From: Bacteroidales bacterium
GTDB lineage: Bacteria; Bacteroidota; Bacteroidia; Bacteroidales; Tenuifilaceae
Assembly (NCBI GenBank): GCA_013376985.1
Contig: JACABB010000021.1
Location: 69,327-93,326 of the forward strand
Length of the DNA stretch: 24,000 nucleotides
Direction: 5' to 3'
Part shown: piece by piece, positions 16,473 to 24,000 of the stretch
Layout of the letters: each line of letters opens with the position of its first letter
Numbering within the stretch: position 1 is the first letter of the stretch
Position numbers and translations under genes: made by a program
Notes under the pieces: generated by a model
What the model was told of the DNA's origin: nothing
Database searches by the model: none
The model's input: the letters and a program-made list of their open reading frames with translations, nothing else

Positions 16473-18572
16473 TTAAACCAATCGTGTTATCCCATTTTCA
16501 AGAGTGTAAATACGATCAAATTGCGTTAATAAATTGGAGCGGTGTGTAATTATAACAATCGCCATATTTTGTTTTTGTTGTTCTAATAGCTGCATAACAA
16601 AACCTTCTGTATGACGATCCATTGCTGCTGTGGGCTCATCTAATAGTAAGAGTTGAGGTTGCTTGTAAAGGGCACGTGCCAATGCAACTAATTGTTTCTG
16701 TCCACCTGAAATATTTACTCCTTCCTCACCAAGCAGAGTGTAATAGAATTGCGGAAAAGCTTTGAAGTACTTATCAAAACCAAAGTCCTCACAGAATTTA
16801 ATTATTTGTTTCGCTTCAGCTGCGGAGTCGGATAAGCAAATATTATCCAACAGAGTACCATTAAAAAGACTTATCTCCTGTGGAACAACGCTTGTCTTAC
16901 TCCTTAATTCGAAATTGTTTATATTATCAATATTGATATCGTTTATGGATATTGTTCCATTTTCCTGATGATACAATTTTTGAAGAATCTGTATTAATGT
17001 ACTTTTCCCACAACCACTTTCGCCTATAATGGCAATTGTTTCACCTTTTTTTACTTCAAAATTAACGTTGGTTAAAAGAGGTAAACTCCCTGGAAATCGA
17101 AAGGAAATTTGTGAAACTTTTAATTCATTGAAAGACAAATTAGCAGTATTGCTTTCTGTTTCGGGGTTATATTCGGGCGAGATGCTAACAAAATCATACA
17201 TTCTATCAAAGGCAATTTTTGCTCCCTGCACTTGTATGTTTAATAGTGCCAAACGACCAACTCCGGGTAAAAGACTTCCTGTCATTGAGAGTACGGCTAT
17301 CATTGCTCCAACAGTAAACGAACTGGTTATTACCAAATACGATGAGCTTGCTATAATTGCAGCAATTATAATTGTTGCGGCTGTATCGCCATACAAACTC
17401 AGATTGGTTTGGGTTTTACCTAATTGTTCTACCTTTTGTTGATAATGGCCGTAAATAGATTGATTTAATTTACTGAAAAAGGACTCTTTATTAAACGTTT
17501 TAATAGCGTATATCCCTTGAATTGTATTTATATAATTACTTTCGTTTTTTGCATAGGCAACCATCACCTCTCGTTGATCTTTAACAACTTTATGGTGAAA
17601 GCGATATACGATATAAAAAAAAATAGGAATACTAGTAAGTGATATGAATCCCAGAGTAATGGAATAGAGGAAGATAAATATAATTGATACCAGAACTACC
17701 ATTCCATCGATTAATACATTCCCAACCAAATAGCTTATTGTGTTTTGTATGCGTGAGGTATCGTTCATTCGCGCAATAAGCTCCCCTGTTTTACGATTAT
17801 CAAAAAAAGATTTTGGGAGAAATAGTAAACTACTATAGAAACTATTAATTATGCGAACGTTAAAGTTGCGACTCTGACCAACTAAAAATATTTGTCGTAT
17901 CCATGTTATTCCTCCTCGGAGTAGAAGTAGGATTGTTAAAATGGCCATCCCCGGTATAAGGCGATTTATAGTGTGATGCGGCAGAATATCATCAACTAGT
18001 TTTTGTGAGAAAAGTGCTGTGGTAGTTCCAAGAATAGCAATTAGAATGCCTATTCCAAGGCAAATGCTAAGTAAATTTATATCTTCTTTAACAAGATTAT
18101 ATATCCATCTCTTTTTTGCATTTTTAATGGTTTCGGATTTTATAAACTCTTTATTTGGCGTGAGTTGTAATAATGTTTTTGATACCCATATTTTATTCAA
18201 TTCTTCTTCATTTATGTACTTCATTCCTTCCGCTGGATCACCCACTAAAAAAAGGTTGTCGCAGAAATCGTAGCATACCATGTAGTGTTGCAGGCGGTTA
18301 TCAATAAAAACATGTATAATAAAAGGTTTTTTCAGATCCTTAATATGTGCCAAATCCGCTTGGCTTCCTACTGCATCAAACCCATTCTTTTGTGCTGCTT
18401 GGTACAGCCCCAAAAGAGTTGTTCCCTGTTTGGATGTGCCGCTTGTCTCTCTCAGATTCTCAAGAGGAACATGACCCCCGTAGTATTTTATTATTGAAGC
18501 AAGACATGCCACTCCGCAATCACTCTGATCTTGCTGTCTTACAAATGTTTTTGCTAATTTCTTAGAGATCAT
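16473..18572 (-). CDS. bacteriocin/RiPP ABC exporter with N-terminal C39 double-glycine peptidase domain
   Basis: N-terminal QQDQSDCGVACLASII carries the C39 catalytic Cys context. It also has a six-helix TMD, Walker A GESGCGKST, ABC signature ISGGQKQ and Walker B LLLLDEPT. Confidence 0.92.
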   Translation of the reverse strand: MISKKLAKTFVRQQDQSDCGVACLASIIKYYGGHVPLENLRETSGTSKQGTTLLGLYQAAQKNGFDAVGSQADLAHIKDLKKPFIIHVFIDNRLQHYMVCYDFCDNLFLVGDPAEGMKYINEEELNKIWVSKTLLQLTPNKEFIKSETIKNAKKRWIYNLVKEDINLLSICLGIGILIAILGTTTALFSQKLVDDILPHHTINRLIPGMAILTILLLLRGGITWIRQIFLVGQSRNFNVRIINSFYSSLLFLPKSFFDNRKTGELIARMNDTSRIQNTISYLVGNVLIDGMVVLVSIIFIFLYSITLGFISLTSIPIFFYIVYRFHHKVVKDQREVMVAYAKNESNYINTIQGIYAIKTFNKESFFSKLNQSIYGHYQQKVEQLGKTQTNLSLYGDTAATIIIAAIIASSSYLVITSSFTVGAMIAVLSMTGSLLPGVGRLALLNIQVQGAKIAFDRMYDFVSISPEYNPETESNTANLSFNELKVSQISFRFPGSLPLLTNVNFEVKKGETIAIIGESGCGKSTLIQILQKLYHQENGTISINDINIDNINNFELRSKTSVVPQEISLFNGTLLDNICLSDSAAEAKQIIKFCEDFGFDKYFKAFPQFYYTLLGEEGVNISGGQKQLVALARALYKQPQLLLLDEPTAAMDRHTEGFVMQLLEQQKQNMAIVIITHRSNLLTQFDRIYTLENGITRLV

Positions 18573-18581
18573 TTTAAATGA

Positions 18582-19088
18582 TTAAAAGTTTTGAATCGCA
18601 TCAATTTTTACTTCTCCTTTAAAATGTTTTGTTAGAAGATGTTTTTCATTGTATGCGAAAACGGATGGGATTGTCAATGTGCCGAACGTATTGTAGAAAT
18701 CATTATCATTTGTTTGGAGTACAGCTATGTTTGAGTAATTCTGAAGATTATTATTTTCTTTAAAAGCAATTATTTTATCAGTTGTTTCCGAAGAGGTTAG
18801 AATGATTTGATACGATGAAAATCGCTCTATGTTTTTGGTGATTTCCTTCACTTCGTATATGCAATGTTCACATTCGCTATTAAAATAGATTATGATTACT
18901 GGACTATTTTCGGCGATGTTTTTCTTTGAATAATCAACACCGTCCAAAGTTTTAAAATGGAAATTTGGTAACTTTTGAATGTTTGTAAGAGTCTGATTTT
19001 TTTTATCCAAACTTCTACAAATAAGGAAAATGAGAAGACCTATAACCAAAAGGCTTAAGCCCCCAAAGATTATTTTTATTTTACCCAT
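18582..19088 (-). CDS. membrane-anchored thioredoxin-fold thiol-disulfide oxidoreductase (TlpA/ResA-like)
   Basis: 168 aa with an N-terminal TM helix and a CEHC (CxxC) motif in the context IIIYFNSECEHCIYE. It overlaps the upstream gene by 8 nt, which suggests translational coupling. Confidence 0.75.
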   Translation of the reverse strand: MGKIKIIFGGLSLLVIGLLIFLICRSLDKKNQTLTNIQKLPNFHFKTLDGVDYSKKNIAENSPVIIIYFNSECEHCIYEVKEITKNIERFSSYQIILTSSETTDKIIAFKENNNLQNYSNIAVLQTNDNDFYNTFGTLTIPSVFAYNEKHLLTKHFKGEVKIDAIQNF

Positions 19089-19740
19089 TGCTTATAGTTA
19101 AAAACATGATGAGTAATAGCCATATAATTAACCCTACACCATAAGATGAGGCAACCATTTTAAGCATGGATGAGTAACCCTTATTTAAAACAGTTTTTAA
19201 TCCCAATGCCAACGCTAACCAGTAAAAAAACTCAAAAACATTAAATTGTTGCAATGGGTAAATAAGCCAACTTGCCACCTCCTTTATATTAAATAGGTTG
19301 ACAAGCGAAAGGGGATAGAAGTTGTTTATTTCCTGCAAAGTATGTGGGGGATACATTAAAAAGTATGCCATTTTAGATAAATCGGCAAGTAGAAATATTA
19401 CTTCGGCAATTACTGTAATTTTGAATAATTTGGCGAAACTAATATTATGCCCGAATACTAAAGCCCCTATATTGAGTGAAAAACTGACAAGGACCAATTT
19501 CAAAGCCACTAGTAGTGGCAAAATCACATAGTTAATCCACGAAAATTTTTCCCGAATCTCAAATATTCGTGAAATGCGTTCTGCGCTAAGTTGTTCCCCT
19601 AGAGCGTTATAATACAGATTATCCGTTATAACAAATACATTTAGTATAAAACTCGAAACGATATATAATAAACATACTATAAGGAAAAACCATTTTGCAT
19701 TTATCTTCTCAAAATGATTAGCAAGGGCTTGGGTTTTCAT
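19081..19740 (-). CDS. polytopic membrane protein, candidate immunity/accessory protein
   Basis: 219 aa with about 5 hydrophobic helices by eye. It sits between the bacteriocin-like peptide gene and the thioredoxin-like gene. No motif recognised. Confidence 0.55.
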   Translation of the reverse strand: MKTQALANHFEKINAKWFFLIVCLLYIVSSFILNVFVITDNLYYNALGEQLSAERISRIFEIREKFSWINYVILPLLVALKLVLVSFSLNIGALVFGHNISFAKLFKITVIAEVIFLLADLSKMAYFLMYPPHTLQEINNFYPLSLVNLFNIKEVASWLIYPLQQFNVFEFFYWLALALGLKTVLNKGYSSMLKMVASSYGVGLIIWLLLIMFLTISNG

Positions 19741-19816
19741 TCAATACTAAATAATTATAACGAATAAAATTATGATTTTGGAAAAATCACTTACGATTAG
19801 TTGATTTAAATAAATG

Positions 19817-19841
19817 CAGAGACGGAATTATTCCGCCTCTG
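19817..19841 (-). terminator. stem-loop immediately after the bacteriocin-like peptide gene
   Basis: Minus-strand CAGAGGCGGAA UAA UUCCGUCUCUG forms an 11-bp stem with one G-U pair, followed by CAUUUAUUU. Confidence 0.6.
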
Positions 19842-19853
19842 TATTATATTGTA

Positions 19854-20009
19854 TTAGCAAGCAGCAGCACCAACAGCAAAACCAATTAAAGCTGCAAATG
19901 GTCCCCAATGAGCACCTACAATAGTAGCAGCAGCTACACATGTCCAATAATCATCACCCTCAAGACCACCTTGAACTTTGCTCATTTCGTTAAAATCTAA
20001 AGTTTTCAT
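19854..20009 (-). CDS. class-II-bacteriocin-like peptide, absent from ORF track: 15-aa GG leader plus 36-aa hydrophobic core
   Basis: Hand translation of the minus strand from ATG 20009 to TAA 19854 gives MKTLDFNEMSKVQGG | LEGDDYWTCVAAATIVGAHWGPFAALIGFAVGAAAC. It has a short double-glycine leader, GxxxG-type motifs and two Cys residues. Confidence 0.65.
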   Translation of the reverse strand: MKTLDFNEMSKVQGGLEGDDYWTCVAAATIVGAHWGPFAALIGFAVGAAAC

Positions 20010-20157
20010 GTTAGTTTATTTTAGTTTGTTTCCCTACTCTATTTATAAAGGCTTTTCGGAATCCGCCTATTGTTTTTGCGCGCAAACAATATTTTGATTT
20101 AGATTATCCAATTTGCTTATTAGCATACTTACAAACAACTATTAATCCTAATACTTG

Positions 20158-20318
20158 TTAATTAACGTGAACTCGATCTAAGCATAACATCTTGATTGCT
20201 AGTATAGCATTAGATTGTTGCTTTGTCATGCTGAACGAAGTGAAGCATCTCGTCTTTAGATAACTAGATCCTTCGCTTCGCTCAGGATGACACCTTACAT
20301 TGAACTCACGTTAATTAA
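20158..20318. repeat. 161-bp MITE-like hairpin repeat, copy 2 (right flank of peptide island)
   Basis: Same length, same orientation and same ttaattaacg...cgttaattaa termini as 10357-10517. The internal gtcatgctgaacgaagtgaagcatc...cttcgcttcgctcaggatgac hairpin is present. Confidence 0.8.
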
Positions 20319-20485
20319 GAAATAGAATATCAAGTGTGAATTGTTAGCATGTTAAACATCAACAATATTAGGCCATTCAACTTTAATTGATTTTAACAGG
20401 TGTTCCATTTATTTGTACTATTATTCCATTGAATAGATATATTTGCATGTCAATTAACTACATAATCATTAAAATCTTTGAGAAT

Positions 20486-23434
20486 ATGAATCTGGTTAGG
20501 AAGAAACTACTAACAACTTTGTTATTAGCATTAATTGCTGTTGGCGCATTATCTCAGAATGCGATAGATTCACTTAAAAACGCTTTGGAAAAATCATCCA
20601 GCGATACTTCGAAAATTATTACAATGCTTAGTCTGGCTGAAAATTATTTCTATACAGATGAAAACAAGTCGCGAGAGTATTTTAATAACGCTAAAACATT
20701 GTTGGATAAGGTTCAATTTAAGAACGGAACTGCTTACTCTTATTATGTTAATGGTTATTTACTTAAAAATACACCTGCTGCGGCATTGGAGAGTTTTAAC
20801 AAATCTCTAATAATTTATACCGAGCTAAAGAATAATCCAGGAATAGCCAAAGCTAACTTAGCAATTGGTAGTACATATATTAATCAATCTAAATTGGATA
20901 AGGGAATGCCTTACTATTCTACTGCCTTGCAGATTTATCAATCATTAAATGATAGAAAAGGCATTGGAGTATGTTACTCTGCTTTAGGCAATATTTATGC
21001 TCATCAGGGAAAATTTAAAATGGCTCTTGATTATAACAAAAAAGCGTTGAAGTACCTTACATACCAAAGTTATGCATATTTTAATGAGCATGTAAGTATT
21101 GCAAATAATTATTCAGCTTTGGGTGAGGCGAAAATGGCTTTACTTTACTATGATAGTCTATTGAATACTTTAAAGAATAAGAATTATTTTGATATCCTTT
21201 CGAATGTTTATGCCAATTTAGGAGCTATTTACTCAGCATCTCAGAACTACAATAAAGCAAAGCAGTGCTATAAATCATCCATAGAATATGGGACAAAAGG
21301 AAAAAACGATTATTACTCCATTGTTGCATGTTTAACAATGTCGGATTTATATATTAACCTAAACCAGCCAGACTCAGTAATTAATTTACTTAAAAAGAAC
21401 TCGCCAACCATTATTCGGTATAAATCAAAAACTTTTTTGTCTTATTACTACCAATTTTTATCCTCAGCCTATGAAGTTAAAGGCGATATAAACTCTGCCC
21501 TTAAATATTATAAATCCTTTAAAAGCGCAGAAGATTCTTTGAATATCGAACAATCTAATCAACGTCTTTACGAGCTACAAACCTCATTGGATGTTGAGAA
21601 AAAGGATAAAGAGATTGACCTACTAAACAAGGAGAATCAATATAAATCACTTCAATTATCTAAACAGAGGATTATGATTTTACTTATTCTGCTGTCAACG
21701 GTATTATTCTTAGTTATGGCATTTGTTTTATACACTCGTTTCCGATTAAAGCACAAGCTGGTTGGTATGTTGGAAAATAAGAATAGAGAGATTGAGCAAC
21801 AGCAGCAGGAAATTATGGCAATGAACGATATGCTTGGAAAGCAGAATGAAAGTTTGCTGGAATTGGACGATATGAAATCCCGATTCTTTACCAACATATC
21901 ACATGAGTTCCGAACACCTTTATCGCTTATAATAGGACCTTTAACATCTATGTTGGAGGAATCCAACAACAAGGAAGCGCAAAATGAATTCCGACTCATG
22001 CTAAAACATGCAAATAGCCTATTAAATCTTATAAACCAATTGCTCGATTTATCTAAACTTCAAAAAGCAAGTCTTAATTTACAACTTTCGTATTACGATA
22101 TAAATACATTTTTAAATATACTTATTGATTCATTTTCTGGGCGTGCAAAAGATCTATCCATTGCACTTACCTATAATTCAAATCCTTTGCCTTTGTTTGT
22201 TTGGTTTGATAGAGATAAGGTGGGGACAATTGTATTTAATATCATTTCGAATGCATTAAAGCATACCGATAAAGGAGGTTTTGTAGAGGTTTCTTTGGCC
22301 AGAATAGGAGAGGATGATAATTATGTTGAAATTATGATTAGCGATAATGGAATAGGTATAGAATCGCATGAGCTAAAGAATATTTTTGAACCCTTTTATC
22401 AATCCAACGCAACAATAAATCGAAAGATTGAAGGCAGTGGTATTGGATTAGCTTTAGCTAAGGAGTTGGTTGAGCTACATGGAGGTGAAATTTCGGTGAA
22501 GAGCGAGGCAGGAAAAGGGGCTCAGTTTACAATAGTTTTAGCCGTGAATAAGCATCTTTTACCATTCGCAGAGATAATGTCCGATGAAGATCAGAAAGTT
22601 GATGAAATCGATAGATTTCCAAAACTTCATGAATTCGATTTAGGTGGCGAAGTCGAACCTAAAATAATAAAGGGAGAGACAACAATTCTTGTTGTTGAGG
22701 ATAATGATGATATGAGAGATTACATATCAAAATCGTTAGCGCAGGATTATCAAATTATAGTGGCAGTAAATGGTAGGGAAGGGTTTGATAAAGCAATGGA
22801 GGTATCGCCAGACCTTATAATTACGGATGTTATGATGCCCGAAATGAATGGGTATGAAATGACAAAGCTGATTAAAAACAATCAGCAAACAAGTCATATT
22901 CCTGTAATCATTCTTACTGCAAAAGCCTCCGAGGAGAGTAAGATTGAAGGACTTGAGGCCGCTGCTGATGATTATTTAGTTAAGCCCTTTAATAAAGCAG
23001 AGTTGCTGTTGAGGATTAGAAATACAATATCAAATCGACAAAAGCTAAGGGATAAGTTTCAGAAATCTATCACAGTAAACCCTTCGGAAGTAACAGCAAC
23101 ATCATTAGATGAACAGTTTTTAACAAAAGCACTTCAAATTATTGAAAATCATTTAGCAGATGCCGAGTTTTCCGTGAATGATTTTTGCGATGAAATTGGA
23201 ATGAGTAAGACCAACGTGTATAGAAAACTCAAGGCCTTAACCAATCAATCCTTTACAGAATTTATGCGTTGCATAAGGTTAAAACGGGCAGCATCATTGC
23301 TAGTAATGAAATCAGGCAACTTAACTGAAATTGCTTACGAAACAGGATTTTCCAACCTATCCTACTTCTCCAGAAGCTTTAAGGAACAGTTTGGGGTAAG
23401 TCCATCGGAGTATACAACAAAAGTAAAGAATTGA
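20486..23434 (+). CDS. hybrid two-component regulator: TPR sensor region, TM, histidine kinase, receiver, AraC-type HTH
   Basis: Signal/anchor MNLVRKKLLTTLLLALIAVGALS, TPR-like repeats and a TM helix (IMILLILLSTVLFLVMAFVLY). HisKA box FFTNISHEFRTPL, HATPase G-boxes (DNGIGI, GSGIGLA) and receiver (ILVVEDNDDM...DVMMPEMNG...KPF). The C-terminal AraC HTH reads GFSNLSYFSRSFKEQFGVSPSEY. The track start at 20387 is a TTG; ATG 20486 is preferred. Confidence 0.85.
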   Translation: MNLVRKKLLTTLLLALIAVGALSQNAIDSLKNALEKSSSDTSKIITMLSLAENYFYTDENKSREYFNNAKTLLDKVQFKNGTAYSYYVNGYLLKNTPAAALESFNKSLIIYTELKNNPGIAKANLAIGSTYINQSKLDKGMPYYSTALQIYQSLNDRKGIGVCYSALGNIYAHQGKFKMALDYNKKALKYLTYQSYAYFNEHVSIANNYSALGEAKMALLYYDSLLNTLKNKNYFDILSNVYANLGAIYSASQNYNKAKQCYKSSIEYGTKGKNDYYSIVACLTMSDLYINLNQPDSVINLLKKNSPTIIRYKSKTFLSYYYQFLSSAYEVKGDINSALKYYKSFKSAEDSLNIEQSNQRLYELQTSLDVEKKDKEIDLLNKENQYKSLQLSKQRIMILLILLSTVLFLVMAFVLYTRFRLKHKLVGMLENKNREIEQQQQEIMAMNDMLGKQNESLLELDDMKSRFFTNISHEFRTPLSLIIGPLTSMLEESNNKEAQNEFRLMLKHANSLLNLINQLLDLSKLQKASLNLQLSYYDINTFLNILIDSFSGRAKDLSIALTYNSNPLPLFVWFDRDKVGTIVFNIISNALKHTDKGGFVEVSLARIGEDDNYVEIMISDNGIGIESHELKNIFEPFYQSNATINRKIEGSGIGLALAKELVELHGGEISVKSEAGKGAQFTIVLAVNKHLLPFAEIMSDEDQKVDEIDRFPKLHEFDLGGEVEPKIIKGETTILVVEDNDDMRDYISKSLAQDYQIIVAVNGREGFDKAMEVSPDLIITDVMMPEMNGYEMTKLIKNNQQTSHIPVIILTAKASEESKIEGLEAAADDYLVKPFNKAELLLRIRNTISNRQKLRDKFQKSITVNPSEVTATSLDEQFLTKALQIIENHLADAEFSVNDFCDEIGMSKTNVYRKLKALTNQSFTEFMRCIRLKRAASLLVMKSGNLTEIAYETGFSNLSYFSRSFKEQFGVSPSEYTTKVKN

Positions 23435-23570
23435 ATAATGAACAAGGAATACCGATTTTAGATTTTAGAAGATTTCTGAAAACAGACTGATTACACAAAC
23501 ATCAAAAATCATAAACCGAGCGTTTTTTGCGAGCTCAGCGAAGCTAATCGTTGATCCTTGTTCTTAAATC

Positions 23571-23699
23571 TAACGCAAGTTTGATGTAAGTATAATATAT
23601 TGATCCTAAGTATAGCATTAGATTGTTGCTTGTCATGCTGAACGAAGTGAAGCATCTCGTCTTTAGATAACTAGATCCTTCGCTCCGCTCAGGATGACA
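23571..23699. repeat. partial third copy of the MITE-like hairpin repeat
   Basis: taacgcaagtttgatgtaagtataat...gtcatgctgaacgaagtgaagcatctcgtctttagataactagatccttcgctccgctcaggatgac. The right terminal inverted repeat is missing and is replaced by the 155-bp tandem array. Confidence 0.7.
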
Positions 23700-24000
23700 A
23701 TGGATTCATTATGGAATTCACCATTATTCAGGAAAGGGGTTGACGTTTCTAGAGCATACTGTTTCTTGTCATGCTGAACGGAGTGAAATCCGAAGGATTC
23801 GCTGAAAGCAACCATCTTGTCTTTAGAAGATCCTTCGCTTCGCTCAGGATGACAATGGATTCATTATGGAATTCACCATTATTCAGGAAAGGGGTTGACG
23901 TTTCTAGAGCATACTGTTTCTTGTCATGCTGAACGGAGTGAAATCCGAAGGATTCGCTGAAAGCAACCATCTTGTCTTTAGAAGATCCTTCGCTTCGCTC
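23700..24000. repeat. tandem repeat, 155-bp period, at least 1.9 units, truncated by window end
   Basis: The sequence from 23701 (tggattcattatggaattcacc...) recurs exactly from 23856. All 145 comparable bases are identical. Each unit contains a gtcatgctgaacggagtgaa...cttcgcttcgctcaggatgac hairpin. Confidence 0.85.

Noticed and set aside
16762-18565. Five plus-strand ORFs (61-137 aa) inside the ABC exporter gene
   Set aside because: They are antisense to a long ORF with complete C39, TMD and ABC motifs, and they have no motifs of their own. The same reasoning applies to the antisense ORFs at 3126-3320, 3791-4003, 4056-4529, 5512-5715, 5886-6113, 6644-7042, 7286-7507, 13042-13284, 13969-14154, 19322-19531 and 21652-21999.
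10357-20318. Composite transposon interpretation of the flanked island
   Set aside because: No transposase, integrase or recombinase gene is present in or beside the island. The flanking elements are short non-coding hairpin repeats in direct rather than inverted orientation. The observation is kept only as a recombination/insulation hypothesis.
23749-23970. 73-aa minus-strand ORF (MVAFSESFGFHSVQHDKKQ...)
   Set aside because: It lies entirely within the perfect 155-bp tandem/hairpin repeat. Its internally repeated peptide sequence reflects repeated DNA. No start context or homolog-like motif.
23571-24000. Possible CRISPR array, given regularly spaced hairpin-containing repeats
   Set aside because: The whole 155-bp unit is repeated with no unique spacers, the period is far longer than CRISPR repeat-plus-spacer units, and no cas genes are in the window.

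Overview
AT-rich window that looks Bacteroidota-like, judged from gldF/gldG, a TPR-HK-REC-AraC hybrid sensor and GG-leader peptides. Bases 1-10.3 kb are ordinary plus-strand housekeeping genes: surE, lpxB, a SpoIID/LytB-domain protein, gldF-gldG plus a partner gene, dnaN and a DnaQ-like exonuclease. They are interspersed with hairpin (REP/MITE-like) repeats. Bases 10.36-20.32 kb are the notable part: a roughly 9.8-kb minus-strand peptide natural-product island bracketed by two same-orientation copies of a 161-bp hairpin repeat. In transcription order it encodes: (1) a 51-aa class-II-bacteriocin-like GG-leader peptide, missing from the ORF track; (2) a polytopic membrane protein; (3) a membrane-anchored thioredoxin-fold CxxC protein; (4) a C39-peptidase ABC exporter; (5) four precursor peptides, one also missing from the ORF track, interleaved with two paralogous radical-SAM/SPASM maturases. 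The four precursors share an exactly 29-aa leader ending in GG. Three of the four cores are built from Cys-x-Gly-Gly-x pentad repeats. Every 29-aa-leader precursor is preceded by the same roughly 60-nt conserved 5' leader element. Every peptide gene is followed by a stem-loop or hairpin repeat. Two unusually long, very AT-rich non-coding spacers with shared motifs sit inside the island. Downstream lie a hybrid two-component/AraC regulator and a perfect 155-bp tandem repeat that runs off the window. All functional calls come from motif reading only; no database search was possible.
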